A DNA stretch of 62,999 nucleotides, the filler included, from Aduncisulcus paluster (taxonomy: Eukaryota): the NCBI GenBank assembly GCA_024181965.1. It is 11 parts of 11 records of this genome, joined end to end, with 100 filler letters (N's around TTAATTAATTAA, not from the genome) between each part and the next. Parts side by side here need not be neighbours in the genome. Positions count along the whole stretch, not along the records: positions 30,377 to 53,112 come from BQXS01009757.1; 10 more parts are not named here. One strand, given 5' to 3'. Within the stretch, counting starts at the first letter, position 1, and every line of letters starts with the position of its first letter. A program made the translations under genes and the position numbers. The notes below the pieces were generated by a model, which saw nothing but the letters and a program-made list of their open reading frames with translations, was not told where the DNA came from and did no database searches. This document shows, piece after piece, positions 34,519 to 46,311 of the stretch.

Positions 34519-36113
34519 ATGGGCAAAGACAAATCTACATCAAAAGTATCAAAAACCTCGAAATCTGGGCACAAACGTAAACAAGACGACAAAACTCTCA
34601 CCTCTGCGTCAGGTCTAAGGTGCTTGTGTCCGTGTGGCAAAGGTGGGTTCGGGGCCGTTTACGTTGTGAGTATTGACGGCGTTTCTCATCCATGTGTTCT
34701 GAAGAAACTTCTTAAAGTCGGTGACAAGGCCGTTATCAAAGAGTGTCGCAAGGAGTTCAAGATCCAATTGAAGTTGTTCATCGAATGTTTCAACCGTATC
34801 CCTCGCCCCATCTACATTCTTGACCTTCTTGACGAGGACTATAGAGGCGTGTACGGGTTTTGCATGGAGTTTTGTATTGGAGGCAGTGTGAAAGACTTTT
34901 CCAGGAGTTGGTGTGTTGGAGGCAAGTATGGACGTGGCTGTTCAAGCTCCTCTGTTGAATCTGAAGACTCAAGCTCTGACTCTGACTTTGAACCTGTCAC
35001 AAGCTCCACCCGCATTGACCCCATGACTCTTGATCCTCTGAGAGTGAGTGCATTGTGTGTTGGAATGATCGAGTGTCTTTCCGAAGTGNNNNNNNNNNNN
35101 NNNNNNNNGTTGGAGGCAAGTATGGACGTGGCTGTTCAAGCTCCTCTGTTGAATCTGAAGACTCAAGCTCTGACTCTGACTTTGAACCTGTCACAAGCTC
35201 CACCCGCATTGACCCCATGACTCTTGATCCTCTGAGAGTGAGTGCATTGTGTGTTGGAATGATCGAGTGTCTTTCCGAAGTGTTCAAAGCCAAGCCCGAC
35301 CTTATTCACCGAGACATTAAGCCTGGCAATTTCCTTGTTCGTGTTGAACCCAAGACAATCGATTGCGCCATTGTTCTCTCTGATCTCGGTCTTGCTCAGA
35401 TCCAAGACTACATCTCCTCTTCCACGACTTCCAAGAGCTTTGTTGATATATCCATGTCTGAAGATACTGAAGCCTCAGACCAATCCGAATTCGACATCTG
35501 TGGCACGCTTGTGTACAACTCTTGTGAAGCTCTCAAGGGAGATCATAGCCAAGAGAGCGATGGTTACTCACTCGGGTTGACTATCCTTGCAATGTTCAAG
35601 GCTCAGGATCCTTTCCTTCAAATGAAAGTGTTACATGGAATTGAGTCGGAGATTCTATTTGCCAAGAAACTCAAAGAGGTGATTGAAAGTGATATGGGTC
35701 CAAAACTCTGTGAATCCCGTCTTTTCAGAACTCTAAAAACCATTGAAGGTGGTAAGTTCAAGCCTGTTTATTCCTGTCTGAATGAAATATTCGAAGGATT
35801 GACAAAGCTTGACATTGATAAACGTATGAGTGTTCATGAGGCCTGTGAGAAAGTTCAATCCATCAAACCTCTTCTTCCAAAGATTGGAGAAGGGTGGGAA
35901 TGTCCATCCATTGACGATATTGTGAAGGCTCAGCTTGCCAAGTATAAAGGTGATTCTGGATGCATTCTCGAGGGAGATGCTTCAATTCAAAATGTTGAGT
36001 TAAAACCAAATTGGGATGATGGTTTGAGTCGTCCATCAGAATCCAAGACACCAAGTACAAGTTCAAGTGCTTCAAGAAGAAGAAGAAGAAGAAGATTTGA
36101 GGAAAGAAGTTGA
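34519..36113 (+). CDS. Atypical Ser/Thr kinase, paralog of the 3505-7407 kinase domain
   Basis: GKGGFGAV, VLKK, CFNRIPRP, HRDIKPGN, DLG, CGTLVYNSCE. The two ORF-track pieces join after removing the 34915-35088 gap duplicate. Confidence 0.88.
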
Positions 36114-36829
36114 TCGTAAAGCTAAAGAGGTTGAAGCCTTGAAACAGAAATTGAAGCTTGAAGAAGAGAAGAGGAAGAGAGAAGAACTCAAAATATATGC
36201 TGTAAAGACGAAAGAATTGGAATTAAAGTCCTTGATTTTGTCAATCAAAAGAAAAGAATCGCAGTCTGCCATCACATCCCTTTACAAAGAATCATATCCT
36301 CGTCTCAAGGCTATCTTTGATGAATTCACTTCGTCACCCTCTGCAATCACATCCAATATAGATCTCTTTGAGCTTTGTTTCGAATGTTTGTCCTTGTTCG
36401 TGAAGCATAAAGAGGTTGAAGCCTTGAAACAGAAATTGAAGCTTGAAGAAGAGAAGAGGAAGAGAGAAGAACTCAAAATATATGCTGTAAAGACGAAAGA
36501 ATTGGAATTAAAGTCCTTGATTTTGTCAATCAAAAGAAAAGAATCGCAGTCTGCCATCACATCCCTTTACAAAGAATCATATCCTCGTCTCAAGGCTATC
36601 TTTGATGAATTCACTTCGTCACCCTCTGCAATCACATCCAATATAGATCTCTTTGAGCTTTGTTTCGAATGTTTGTCCTTGTTCGTGAAGCATAAAGTTA
36701 CAAAGAGAGATGGGACTTTGAAGGAAGATAAGGATGATATTGAGGTTATTCTTGATAGTTCTTCCATCAAGAACATTAATGACACTTTCTTGCCTTCAAT
36801 GATCCGAGTTGAAAATATTCTGAGAGTGA

Positions 36830-36860
<31 letters not shown>

Positions 36861-38649
36861 TGGTAGAACTGGTGAAGCTGGAGTGAATTCTATAACAATG
36901 TTATTGTTCAGGATAATTGGTGTTTCTACAGTTCATGTTGAATACCTTTTCTTTTCCATTTTCCCCCAAATCTCTCCCCTCCTCTCCAAGATGTTTATTC
37001 TTGGCCTATCCAAGAAATTTGAAGATTCTTTTATTGAGGACATACTAAAAACATGCAGAAATATTGCATTTGCCAAAGATGATCCCACCAAGAACTCTCT
37101 TTTATCCCTTCTTCTCCCTCATATCTTACCTTGGATGAAGAAGTATCCTGACAAGAAGTTCTTTTTCTTGTGGACAAACATCTTGAAGAATATCACGAAT
37201 GATAAAGATAACATCAAGGCTCATAAAGATCGTTCCTCACAACTCTGGTTTGTCTTCCATCCTGTCTTGGATGTGATTAAGGATACTGCTTCCAAAGGTA
37301 TTACATTTGATGATGCTGTCATTCGTTGTTTTCGGTTCTTTGCTAACTTTAGTTGTATTCCTTCCCAAGCTGTTGAAGTGCATGATTGTATTAAAGATGG
37401 TCTTCTTGATGGTTGGTTTGAGATGATAAAGAAGAAGAGTGAAGCAGGGAAAGATGATGGTAATTGGGGAATTAAATACTGGTCCAAACTCATTTCCATG
37501 TTCTCCACTGTTCCATCTCTTGTTCCTCACATATCTCCTAAATATGATGCCGACATGGAGTGGTGCAAGAATAATGGGACTTATAATGGGGGTTTGTATG
37601 ATGATTATTCAAGATATCTTGGTAACTGCTATCCTTCTCTGAAGAAATGGTCAGATTTAGTTGAATCTATCAAGAAATGCCCTGACTCAGCATCAACTTC
37701 CAAACTCTACCATGAACATCGAGATGAGATTCTCTCTGTCTTCCTTGCATTCCAATCGAAGAGTGAGATTGAAGAGAACAAGAGAGAGATTGTTCTTTGT
37801 GCTCAGTGTTTAAACTGGTTTGTTGGACATGTTATTTCTGGAAATTATATCTATCTCCCTATTCCTGATCTGAATGATCTCATTGACACTTTCATTGATC
37901 ATCTATCAAGATGTAAGGAAGTGTTGGAAGGAGATGTTGATGGAGAGTATTGTATGATTTGTTTGATTTATACTTTCAAAGTTCACGATAAATTGGATTC
38001 CTTCCTTCCAAAGATCTCCCCCACTTTCCAACGTATTCTTGAGAGAGGAAGTAAGGAGAAGTTGGGAGGTGGTGTTGCTCTACGTTTATTGATACCTCTC
38101 AAAAACATCTCTATCTCTCCCTCTTCTTCCACTAAATCCTCTATACTCACCCTCATCAAACCATATATCAGAGATTGGTTGAGGATATACAATGATAGTG
38201 AGTGTTATGGAGAATGGATGGTTATTCTATCATTAATTACCCTCTCAAGTGATAACAAATCCCCAAACAAATCCCTCTGTTCTGAAGTTTGGCCTCTCTT
38301 CCACCCTGTTCTTGATGTTGTTAAGAGAGAGTTTGTTGGGGATAAGATTGTTGAGGATGATCATGAAAGAGTTTTACGATTCTTCTCCCACTTATGTTGT
38401 GATCCATCACATACTGTTGAAGTGTATGATAATGTTAAGGATCTTCTTGATGGCTGGTTTGCAGTTATAAAGAAGAAAGAACATAAACAGGGAATCACAT
38501 GTTGGTCCGCTCTCATTTCCATGTTCTCCACTGTTCCATCTCTTGTTCCTCGCATATCTCCCATATATGATACCAACATGGAATGGTGCAAGAATAATGG
38601 GGGTTGGAATGAAGATTATACAAGATATTCAAGAAATTGTAAAATGTGA
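36067..38649 (+). CDS. Coiled coil + two ~290-aa alpha-solenoid (HEAT/ARM-like) modules; probably the C-terminal part of the preceding kinase gene
   Basis: The module ending LISMFSTVPSLVP.ISP.YD..MEWCKNNG occurs twice. No early ATG; overlaps the kinase stop across an (AGA)n run. Confidence 0.75.
36123..36692 (+). repeat. Exact in-frame 285-bp tandem duplication
   Basis: 36123-36407 equals 36408-36692, with no gap and TAAAG at the junctions. Confidence 0.92.
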
Positions 38650-39104
38650 ACATTCATGATCATCGTTGAGTTTTTTTTCTCACCCTGTATTACCGTACAA
38701 TATTCATTTCTTGGTCTTTCAACTATTAAACTTTTGTCAACAAGTTATGGTTGACAAGTTGTGTGCACGTAATTTGGAAGGACATATGTCAATGACCATT
38801 ATTAACGATGTGAAAACCCACAAAATCTAAGTCAGAAATTTATTGTATTCCGTTTGAAAAATATTATTTAATTTTAATAATACACTGTATCAATATTGAG
38901 ATCTTATAATACACTAATATATATCTCTAGTAAAAAAAAAATATCATATAAAAAGCGAGCCAAATGACGACTGAATGGGAACGATGACTCATCTCGATTT
39001 TTTGATGGATAAGATGGATGTGAGAGCAGAGTTAAAGAATGGGGGGGTTATAATGGGATAATTGTGAAGAAATCATCAATCTTTTAATATGGAAATTCTA
39101 TAAT

Positions 39105-41051
39105 TTAAATGTCATAAAATTCCATCACAAAGGTGAGAGGCCCATCACACACAGCTGCAAGACGATTTCCAGATAAGTCAAGATCCTTCACCTTTCCATC
39201 ATCAGTTCTGATAGTGATAGTATTGAGTTTCTTCTGAGCTCTGACGTCCCAAATGTAAATCTTTCCGTCATAACTTCCCGCAATCACGTTATGACCATCA
39301 AAGAGCACGCTGCTAACACTGTCTTCGGGTCCTTTGAAGCACACAACACTCTGGCTTGACCTTGCATCCCAGAGACGAACACAGTGATCACTGCTACCGC
39401 TTACAACCTCATTCTCGTCAGGGGAAATGGCAACACATTTAACCTTGCGCTCATGTTTCTTCATGAAGGAAGTGGCCTTCCCAGTCTCAATGTCCCACAA
39501 ACGAACAGACTTATCCACACATCCACCCACAAGGGTTGTCCTTCCATGGTCAATGCCAATGATAGTTTTCTTCTTACCTTGCACGTAAAAATCACGAATG
39601 GTAGACATATGTTCTCCTCCGTACATTCTAACATAGCCTTCACGGAAGCAAGAGCAGAGCAATAGATCTCTAGAGTTAAGGGCACATACAGATAGAGACA
39701 ATACGGGACTCCCACCTTCAGCTTGGACAGATCTCACAGTCTCAAGACCCTTGGCATTCCATTCTTTAACACTTCCTCCGCTACAAGCAGAGAATACACG
39801 GTCATGGGAAGAGCAGACAGAGACAACAGTGCGAGTGTGGGCTCTCCTTGAAGCACTGGGTTCATTGATTTCAAGGGGGTGGTCAGGGTACTCAGAAGTA
39901 GGCTCCCCAATGTCGTACATTGAGATCTCTCCGTTAGCTTTTCCACAGACAACTCCACGACCGCCATTCAAGAAAGCCACTGATATGCAATCACTATGCT
40001 TACTACCAGCACTCTCCTCAAAGCACACAATCTGCCGAGGCCTGTGAGAAGATAAAGCTGCAGTACGATTGGGGATAGATGAGACTTCGGAGGGTAGTTG
40101 TTCTTCACGATCAGCACCAAGAGGCTCGTCGATGGATCCATCAGACTCGCTTTGAGTCAAACCAGGGCCAGAGACTTCATGGTGTGAATCATCGCTTCGG
40201 GAAGATCCTTCCAGCTTGGCACCACCAAAGATACCCTGTTGTTCGTCAGCAAGATCCCTATCAACAGCATCTTGGTGGATCCTGTCCACCGCATGGTTCA
40301 CCTCGTCAGAAGCACTGTCAGATGGTTCTCCTCCTCCAACTCTACCCATAGGGATGACTGGATCAGCAGCCTGATTTAGCGCATTAACATCGTCATATCC
40401 AACATCTTCATCATCTCCTTCTTCCTCTTCATCCTCTTCTTCCTCCTCGTTGATTGGTTCAGTTCCACTCGAGTCCTCAGAGTACTCGGCAATCTCTTGG
40501 CGTTTGGAATGAGGGTCAACGAGAATGGGTTCATTAATATCATTCATATCATCATTCTCGTCGTCCCTGGATGTCTCACTGCTCTCATCGTTGATACCAT
40601 TATCATGATGTTTGACAACAATAGAGGAGGATTCATGTTGGTGGTCATGCACATCAACACTACTGTCAGTCCTACTAGCTTCAACTTTATGTTCTTCAGC
40701 TTTATGTTGTTGTTCTTCCTCCTCTTCCTCTTCCTCTTCCTCTTCCTCTTCTTCTCTTGCATCTTGTTGATGTTCATTGGATCTCTCGGTTGTTTCTTGT
40801 TTGTGAGTCCATGGCTGTTGTTCATCTACAAAGTGCCCAATGTCGACATCTCCTTCAATTTCATGGGAGAAAGCAGATGCATTGTCAAGTATAGGACGGG
40901 GTGAAGTTTTCATCTGCAGGTCTGGAGAAAGACTCTCACGTTGTTCTGCTTGGTCTGCATGTTCAACAGCGGGCATTGTCTCAGCACCCTGCTCCATCAT
41001 GTCCTCCTTGAAACTGGAGTGAGATGGAGACTTGAGGACACTTTCCTGTTG
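39105..41051 (-). CDS. WD40-repeat protein with acidic disordered N-terminus, possibly 5'-partial
   Basis: DKSVRLWD, SGSSDHCVRLWD, GSYDGKIYIWD. The frame is open from the ATG at 41000 up to the gap. Confidence 0.88.
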   Translation of the reverse strand, partial: QQESVLKSPSHSSFKEDMMEQGAETMPAVEHADQAEQRESLSPDLQMKTSPRPILDNASAFSHEIEGDVDIGHFVDEQQPWTHKQETTERSNEHQQDAREEEEEEEEEEEEEEQQHKAEEHKVEASRTDSSVDVHDHQHESSSIVVKHHDNGINDESSETSRDDENDDMNDINEPILVDPHSKRQEIAEYSEDSSGTEPINEEEEEDEEEEGDDEDVGYDDVNALNQAADPVIPMGRVGGGEPSDSASDEVNHAVDRIHQDAVDRDLADEQQGIFGGAKLEGSSRSDDSHHEVSGPGLTQSESDGSIDEPLGADREEQLPSEVSSIPNRTAALSSHRPRQIVCFEESAGSKHSDCISVAFLNGGRGVVCGKANGEISMYDIGEPTSEYPDHPLEINEPSASRRAHTRTVVSVCSSHDRVFSACSGGSVKEWNAKGLETVRSVQAEGGSPVLSLSVCALNSRDLLLCSCFREGYVRMYGGEHMSTIRDFYVQGKKKTIIGIDHGRTTLVGGCVDKSVRLWDIETGKATSFMKKHERKVKCVAISPDENEVVSGSSDHCVRLWDARSSQSVVCFKGPEDSVSSVLFDGHNVIAGSYDGKIYIWDVRAQKKLNTITIRTDDGKVKDLDLSGNRLAAVCDGPLTFVMEFYDI

Positions 41052-41073
41052 CNNNNNNNNNNNNNNNNNNNNA

Positions 41074-43092
41074 ACATTCTCATCTGTATCACAATTTATT
41101 CATCAAGACACTGCAAGAAAACTATGTGCATTCTCCTTGTTATCTATTCGTGGGTTTTTGGCTCTTACCGTGCAAGTATCTGCTCAAAAGGCAATTTCTT
41201 CCCTTATTCCAGCTTTAGAAATATGGGAATCTTCCTGTACTTCATGTGTTGAAGAACGTGGAATTGAAGATTGTTTGTTTGCAATCGGATTACGTGAATG
41301 GTGCGATTATCTTTGTTCTAGAGAACGACTGGAGGTCAAAAGAAAAGAGAAAGAGGTTGAGTTAGAGAAGGAAGAGGAGGACTGGGAAATTGAAAGTGGT
41401 TTGACAGGTGTTGATCTCGAAGAAAGAGAAGAGAGAGAAGAGAGAGAAGAGAGAGAAGAAGAGAGAGAGAGAGGGGAGGAAGGGGAGGAAGAAGAAGAGG
41501 AACAACACCCACCAATGATTCCATTGCCTCCTTCGAGGTATTTAGACGAAAGGGGACTTCCTCTTGCAGCTTTTTCTTCATTTATTCCTATTTCTTCCCA
41601 CCCTAATGAATGTGTGAAAGATGACACTGTTTATCCGCCCTATTCTCTGATTATTAACCTATGTTTGGCACACATAGCCTGTGGAGATTATGAAAATGCT
41701 CTCCGGATCTTGTCTCAGCTTTCCACAATTCAACGAATGAACGTTGTTCTCGATCGAATTGAGTTAATTAGGGAATTAGGAGTGTTTGAAAAAGTCATAC
41801 CAAAAGCTTTTGGTCGTTTCTTTGCTTCACTTTGTTTCCTTTACTCTCTCTTACTCTCTGAATATTCTTTAGAACCACAATTGGCTTCCAGACTTATGAT
41901 TGAAGGAGAACGAATGGATTCGACTCTTGCCACTCGCTTTTTGAGCACCACTTCATATCTTCCATCTGCATCCACCTGTTCTTCACACCCATGTGCTCCT
42001 CCAATACTTCAATTTGGATCCCGTCCTCTTCCTGTGCATGCGGACAAAGCTGTACGTGCAAGAATCGGTGGAAGAGATATCTTTTTACGTCCTGTTTTGC
42101 CATTGTTCCTCACTATCCCCGACTCTTTGATAGATATTGACAGGGACACAGATCCAAGGATATTGTTTACATCTCTTCCTCTTCCTCCTCTCTCTCTTCC
42201 TCCGACGCTGTCTGTCTACGCCTCTGAAGCAGAACGTCTTGGAGGTATTAATATGGAACGTGAGAAAGAAGAGAGAGAGATGAGATCGTTTGCCATCCAA
42301 TCGACTTCTGTGGAGGCTGATGCTTTGTCTTCTTCTTCTCGAATGCATCTGTCAAAGACAAGTTCGGGAAGACTTGGATCTTCTCTTCCTGTTGATCTCG
42401 ATGGTTCTCAAAGTATATCGAAACCATCAATCGATTTATCTCTCACAACTGACGATGCTTTAGGAACCATAGGAAGAGACGAAGCATCTAGAGATTTATT
42501 CAAATCATTACCCTCAAATGTTTTACAGAAAAACAAGAAGACTACCAAAAAGACAAAACATAAGAAAGTTAAGAGAAAACCCAAGAAACCCTCTTCTAAA
42601 AATAGATCTGTCTATGCTCAAAAACCTTATCCTCCCATTAAGAAAATAGGAACATCGTCATCATTCTCTGGGCGTATTTCTTCGATTGTTTCAGAAAGGG
42701 TGAAAGAAAGAGAGAAATTTGTGCATCGAGAATATGTTTATCCCCATACTCCTCCATCAATGAACAAAATAATGCAAGATAGATCCCTGGGAAAGAAAAA
42801 TATGTCCATCAAACATTCTGTTAAAAAAGTTGAAGAAAAATGCAAGAGAGAGAAGGAAAGTGGTGACCAAGTTGTGTATTCAAGAGAAAGAGGGAGAAGT
42901 ATAGGAAGACCTCGTACAGCTCAGATTGCCTCTATTGCGGCAGCTGCTGGTTCTTCTTCCACCGTTATACAAAATGAGTTCATGGATGGGATCGAACTCG
43001 CCCATTCAATTTCATATGACGATGACACATCCGATATTGATTATCACGATCCAATCATTCATGTATTATCCAATTCAACTTCTGATCGTTGA
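41074..43092 (+). CDS. Hypothetical protein with TPR-like helices, 5'-partial
   Basis: Open from the gap; INLCLAHIACGDYENALRILSQL is TPR-like. Confidence 0.65.
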   Translation, partial: TFSSVSQFIHQDTARKLCAFSLLSIRGFLALTVQVSAQKAISSLIPALEIWESSCTSCVEERGIEDCLFAIGLREWCDYLCSRERLEVKRKEKEVELEKEEEDWEIESGLTGVDLEEREEREEREEREEERERGEEGEEEEEEQHPPMIPLPPSRYLDERGLPLAAFSSFIPISSHPNECVKDDTVYPPYSLIINLCLAHIACGDYENALRILSQLSTIQRMNVVLDRIELIRELGVFEKVIPKAFGRFFASLCFLYSLLLSEYSLEPQLASRLMIEGERMDSTLATRFLSTTSYLPSASTCSSHPCAPPILQFGSRPLPVHADKAVRARIGGRDIFLRPVLPLFLTIPDSLIDIDRDTDPRILFTSLPLPPLSLPPTLSVYASEAERLGGINMEREKEEREMRSFAIQSTSVEADALSSSSRMHLSKTSSGRLGSSLPVDLDGSQSISKPSIDLSLTTDDALGTIGRDEASRDLFKSLPSNVLQKNKKTTKKTKHKKVKRKPKKPSSKNRSVYAQKPYPPIKKIGTSSSFSGRISSIVSERVKEREKFVHREYVYPHTPPSMNKIMQDRSLGKKNMSIKHSVKKVEEKCKREKESGDQVVYSRERGRSIGRPRTAQIASIAAAAGSSSTVIQNEFMDGIELAHSISYDDDTSDIDYHDPIIHVLSNSTSDR

Positions 43093-43404
43093 AAGTTTTC
43101 AACTTGAACTATCGTGGAATGCAAATGCAATTGGTACCAAATTTTGGCTTAGCAATGAAAGCCATTTATTCTCATATGAGTCATAACATCTATAGATATT
43201 TTTTGGTTACATTACATTTTTACCTTCTTTTGATCTCAATTGTATATAGATATGACGATTTGACTCATAAATTAGTTTACCAATATCAGTATTATTAATT
43301 TGATGGAAATATTTGACATTTTTAATAAAAATTCTGTATTGTTTTTTGATACATATGTCAATTTCCTAAATTTGATCATAAGATGGAAAGATCAAATTTC
43401 ATTT

Positions 43405-44112
43405 CTATTTTGAGGGATCTAACAAACTATCAAGTGGTTGCATTGGGGAACTAATAGGAACATCCAATCCAGCAGCAGGATCTGGATGCATAAATTTGTC
43501 TGCAATCAAAAACGAATTTTCTCCCTTTTTTAAAACAACTGGAGACCCATCTTTTTGGACAATAGGATAGCCCATTGAATCAAAAGACACAGTTGCGGCA
43601 AATTCTTTTAATTCATAATAAATTTCTGCATATTCTTCAACAGTTACAACCAAATTATAACCTATGGCTGTGAGAACATTTCTCTCCATTTTGTTAAGTT
43701 CATGAAGAGTAAAATCAGCTGTACAATATGAAAAGGAACGTGATGTACAAGACACATCATCCTGACTTTTCGAACCCAACATGAGACACGTAAAGAGTAA
43801 ACGTTTCCAATTATTTGGAGATAATCCAGTATATTTCTCTAGATATCTTCTCATTAATACGATTCCTGCCAGTAAACACTCAGGCTCAATTCTGGCCTTC
43901 TTAAAAAGACTGTGGATAAATGAATAAATCGAGTCAAATGTGGGATCTTCAGAATCATGACCATGATCAAATACACAAGGCATCGGTTTACGATGAATTA
44001 CCTTTTCACGATCGCAGCATTTCGGAAGAACCAGTTGTTCGAGCATCCACAAAGATATTCCGCTTACAGTTCTATTTAATTGTTTGATATGACCAGTTTC
44101 ATGAATTGACAT
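43405..44112 (-). CDS. CCNY: Cyclin Y-like cyclin
   Basis: IYSFIHSLFKKARIEPEC...NWKRLL...LMLGSK..DD...LNKMER..L..IGYNL.V....YAEIYYELK fits the cyclin Y box. First ATG at 44112. Confidence 0.82.
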   Translation of the reverse strand: MSIHETGHIKQLNRTVSGISLWMLEQLVLPKCCDREKVIHRKPMPCVFDHGHDSEDPTFDSIYSFIHSLFKKARIEPECLLAGIVLMRRYLEKYTGLSPNNWKRLLFTCLMLGSKSQDDVSCTSRSFSYCTADFTLHELNKMERNVLTAIGYNLVVTVEEYAEIYYELKEFAATVSFDSMGYPIVQKDGSPVVLKKGENSFLIADKFMHPDPAAGLDVPISSPMQPLDSLLDPSK

Positions 44113-44372
44113 AGCTAAAATATTGATCAAATAAAATATAGAATCCCATGAAAACTGATTTGCGAATGTTAAGCGAAGAATAAAAATGTGAATTTTATGA
44201 CAAAAATAATAGATCTATTTTTAGACAATTTGATTTTTATTTTATAAAATTATTTTTTATATATTATTATATTTTCTATTATAATATTTATTAAAAACAA
44301 TTTTTTATGTGTTCTAAAAATAGAGTTTTTTCGTTGGGGATTTATTGTCGCTTTTTCTTGTCCACATTGTAG

Positions 44373-45962
44373 ATGTCTACTCCTATACAAATCAATCAAA
44401 AAAGATTCGAAATTAAATATGGTGTTGATCAGGTGAAATGTATATCTAAACCTCGCCAGAAACTTGTAGAAAAGAAGGACTGGATCCCCGATTCTTCTGG
44501 TGATCGTTGTGCAATTTGCAACAAGGATTTTACTGTATTTCTTCGTAGACACCATTGCCGAAGATGCGGAAGAATTTTTTGTGGATCTTGCATGGCTAAG
44601 TCAGTAAGCCTGAGTGCCGACATTCAAATGGAGAAAGTTTGTAACCTTTGTGTCTCTATCTTAGGAGAAAGTGATGATATTGAATACGGAATCAGGAAGT
44701 TTAGACACTTATTACTCTCTAAAGATTATCTCCTTTTGCAGGAATGTATTCGTTATTTTAGAAATGTTCTTACTTCTGATGAAAGAAGAATCATTGCTTC
44801 ATCACATGAAGATGTTCTCTACAAAGTTGTCGATATCTTGAAACGTTCTGTTATTGCAAGCGCTTCTCTTCCTGATGGTGCTCGCAGCCCCCAACAAAAA
44901 CAATTCTCAAAACAATTTGGTGGCGTCAAACAAGCTGAAAATATTATGCATCAATGTATCGGTTTTATTATTAACTTTACAACTTCCACTCAACGTTCGT
45001 TTGCTGGACAACTTGTTAAAGCCAGTGTCGTCTTTCCTCTTTGTTCTCTTCTTATTGCAGAAAGAGATAGTGAAACTCATGAGTTAGTTCTATGGGCATT
45101 GAGAAACTTATCCGTGAACAATGAAGCATGTGCCCAAATTTATTCCCCCCGAACTTATGGTGAAATTCTTACTGATAAAACAAAATACAGAACAACTTCT
45201 GAAGCCATTATAAAATTCCTTAAAAATCGTTTCGGTACCACTCAACATCACGCTGTTAGTCTTTTGGCAAACATTGTTCAGTCAATTCCCGGTGAGAAGG
45301 TTGGAAAAGAATTGGCAGAATATAAGCCTCTTGTTGCTGTTGCTGGCCTTATTAGAGATAAAAATCCATCATTAAGAGAGAAAGCTTTGATGTGTGTTGG
45401 AGTTTTAGGTGCTAGAACAATCGAATTCTCTAGATTTTTCATTGCTCGTGGTTTGTTAAAAACCCTCGTTAATTTCGTCGGAATTGGCAGTGGGGGTCAA
45501 CGAACCGCTGCTATCAGAGCCCTGAATACTTTTATTTCATCGAAAGAAGCTTGTCCTCCTGAATTTTTCAACCCTAAGCCTCCTGGCGAGCTTCAAGAAG
45601 TTTTGGCGTCTGCTGTTGGTGATGAGAAAGAAAGAACATCGGAATCACTATTTCTTTCATTTGTTTTGAGCGAAGATATAATTTCCAAGCTTGGTCAATG
45701 TGTTAATGATCGTGACACTGTTGCTGCTCTTGAAGTCTTGAGTTTGTTCGAAAGTTTACTCGAAAACGACTTTATTAAGGAAGAGGTTGCAAGAATCCTT
45801 GGCGAACATGGGAAAGAGCTTGGGAAACATTTCAAGGCCGTAAAAACTGGATCTGGACCACATTGTGAAATGGTTGCTCCTCAAGTTTGTCGTGTGATTG
45901 ATCTTGTTGAACGTTATACTGCAAAAGAGAATAGAGGAAAATTCAAGAAAATGTGTGAATAG
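44373..45962 (+). CDS. FYVE zinc finger + armadillo-repeat protein
   Basis: WIPD...CAIC...RRHHCRRCGRIFCGSC...VCNLC, followed by ARM-like LWALRNLS and SLLANIV. Confidence 0.9.
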   Translation: MSTPIQINQKRFEIKYGVDQVKCISKPRQKLVEKKDWIPDSSGDRCAICNKDFTVFLRRHHCRRCGRIFCGSCMAKSVSLSADIQMEKVCNLCVSILGESDDIEYGIRKFRHLLLSKDYLLLQECIRYFRNVLTSDERRIIASSHEDVLYKVVDILKRSVIASASLPDGARSPQQKQFSKQFGGVKQAENIMHQCIGFIINFTTSTQRSFAGQLVKASVVFPLCSLLIAERDSETHELVLWALRNLSVNNEACAQIYSPRTYGEILTDKTKYRTTSEAIIKFLKNRFGTTQHHAVSLLANIVQSIPGEKVGKELAEYKPLVAVAGLIRDKNPSLREKALMCVGVLGARTIEFSRFFIARGLLKTLVNFVGIGSGGQRTAAIRALNTFISSKEACPPEFFNPKPPGELQEVLASAVGDEKERTSESLFLSFVLSEDIISKLGQCVNDRDTVAALEVLSLFESLLENDFIKEEVARILGEHGKELGKHFKAVKTGSGPHCEMVAPQVCRVIDLVERYTAKENRGKFKKMCE

Positions 45963-46311
45963 ATTTCTTGTTCTTGTAATATTCCAGATGTGGTATTAAT
46001 TTGTGAAAATACTCACTCAGTACAGTGGCGCTCACAACTATGAAGTAAAAATGTGATTTAATTAAAATAAAGTTAAAAATATTTCAGTTTTAAAGGAGAT
46101 CCTATCATAGATAAAGAATTTACTGAGCAAAATTTCCAGAGGGAGAACGGAAGGAATAAAGAAAAAATAAATCTTTTAAAAACATTTATAATGCATTTTA
46201 AGGATTATTTACATTGAAATTTGGGATGTGAGATCGATCGAATGGAAGATCCAATGCGGAATCGTCTTTGAAATCATTTCCACATATTGAATTATCCAAA
46301 ACATAAATTTT

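Noticed and set aside
41000-41100. Extremely tight head-to-head WD40/TPR gene pair
   Set aside because: Both frames run open into a 20-N gap of unknown true size, so the spacing cannot be interpreted.
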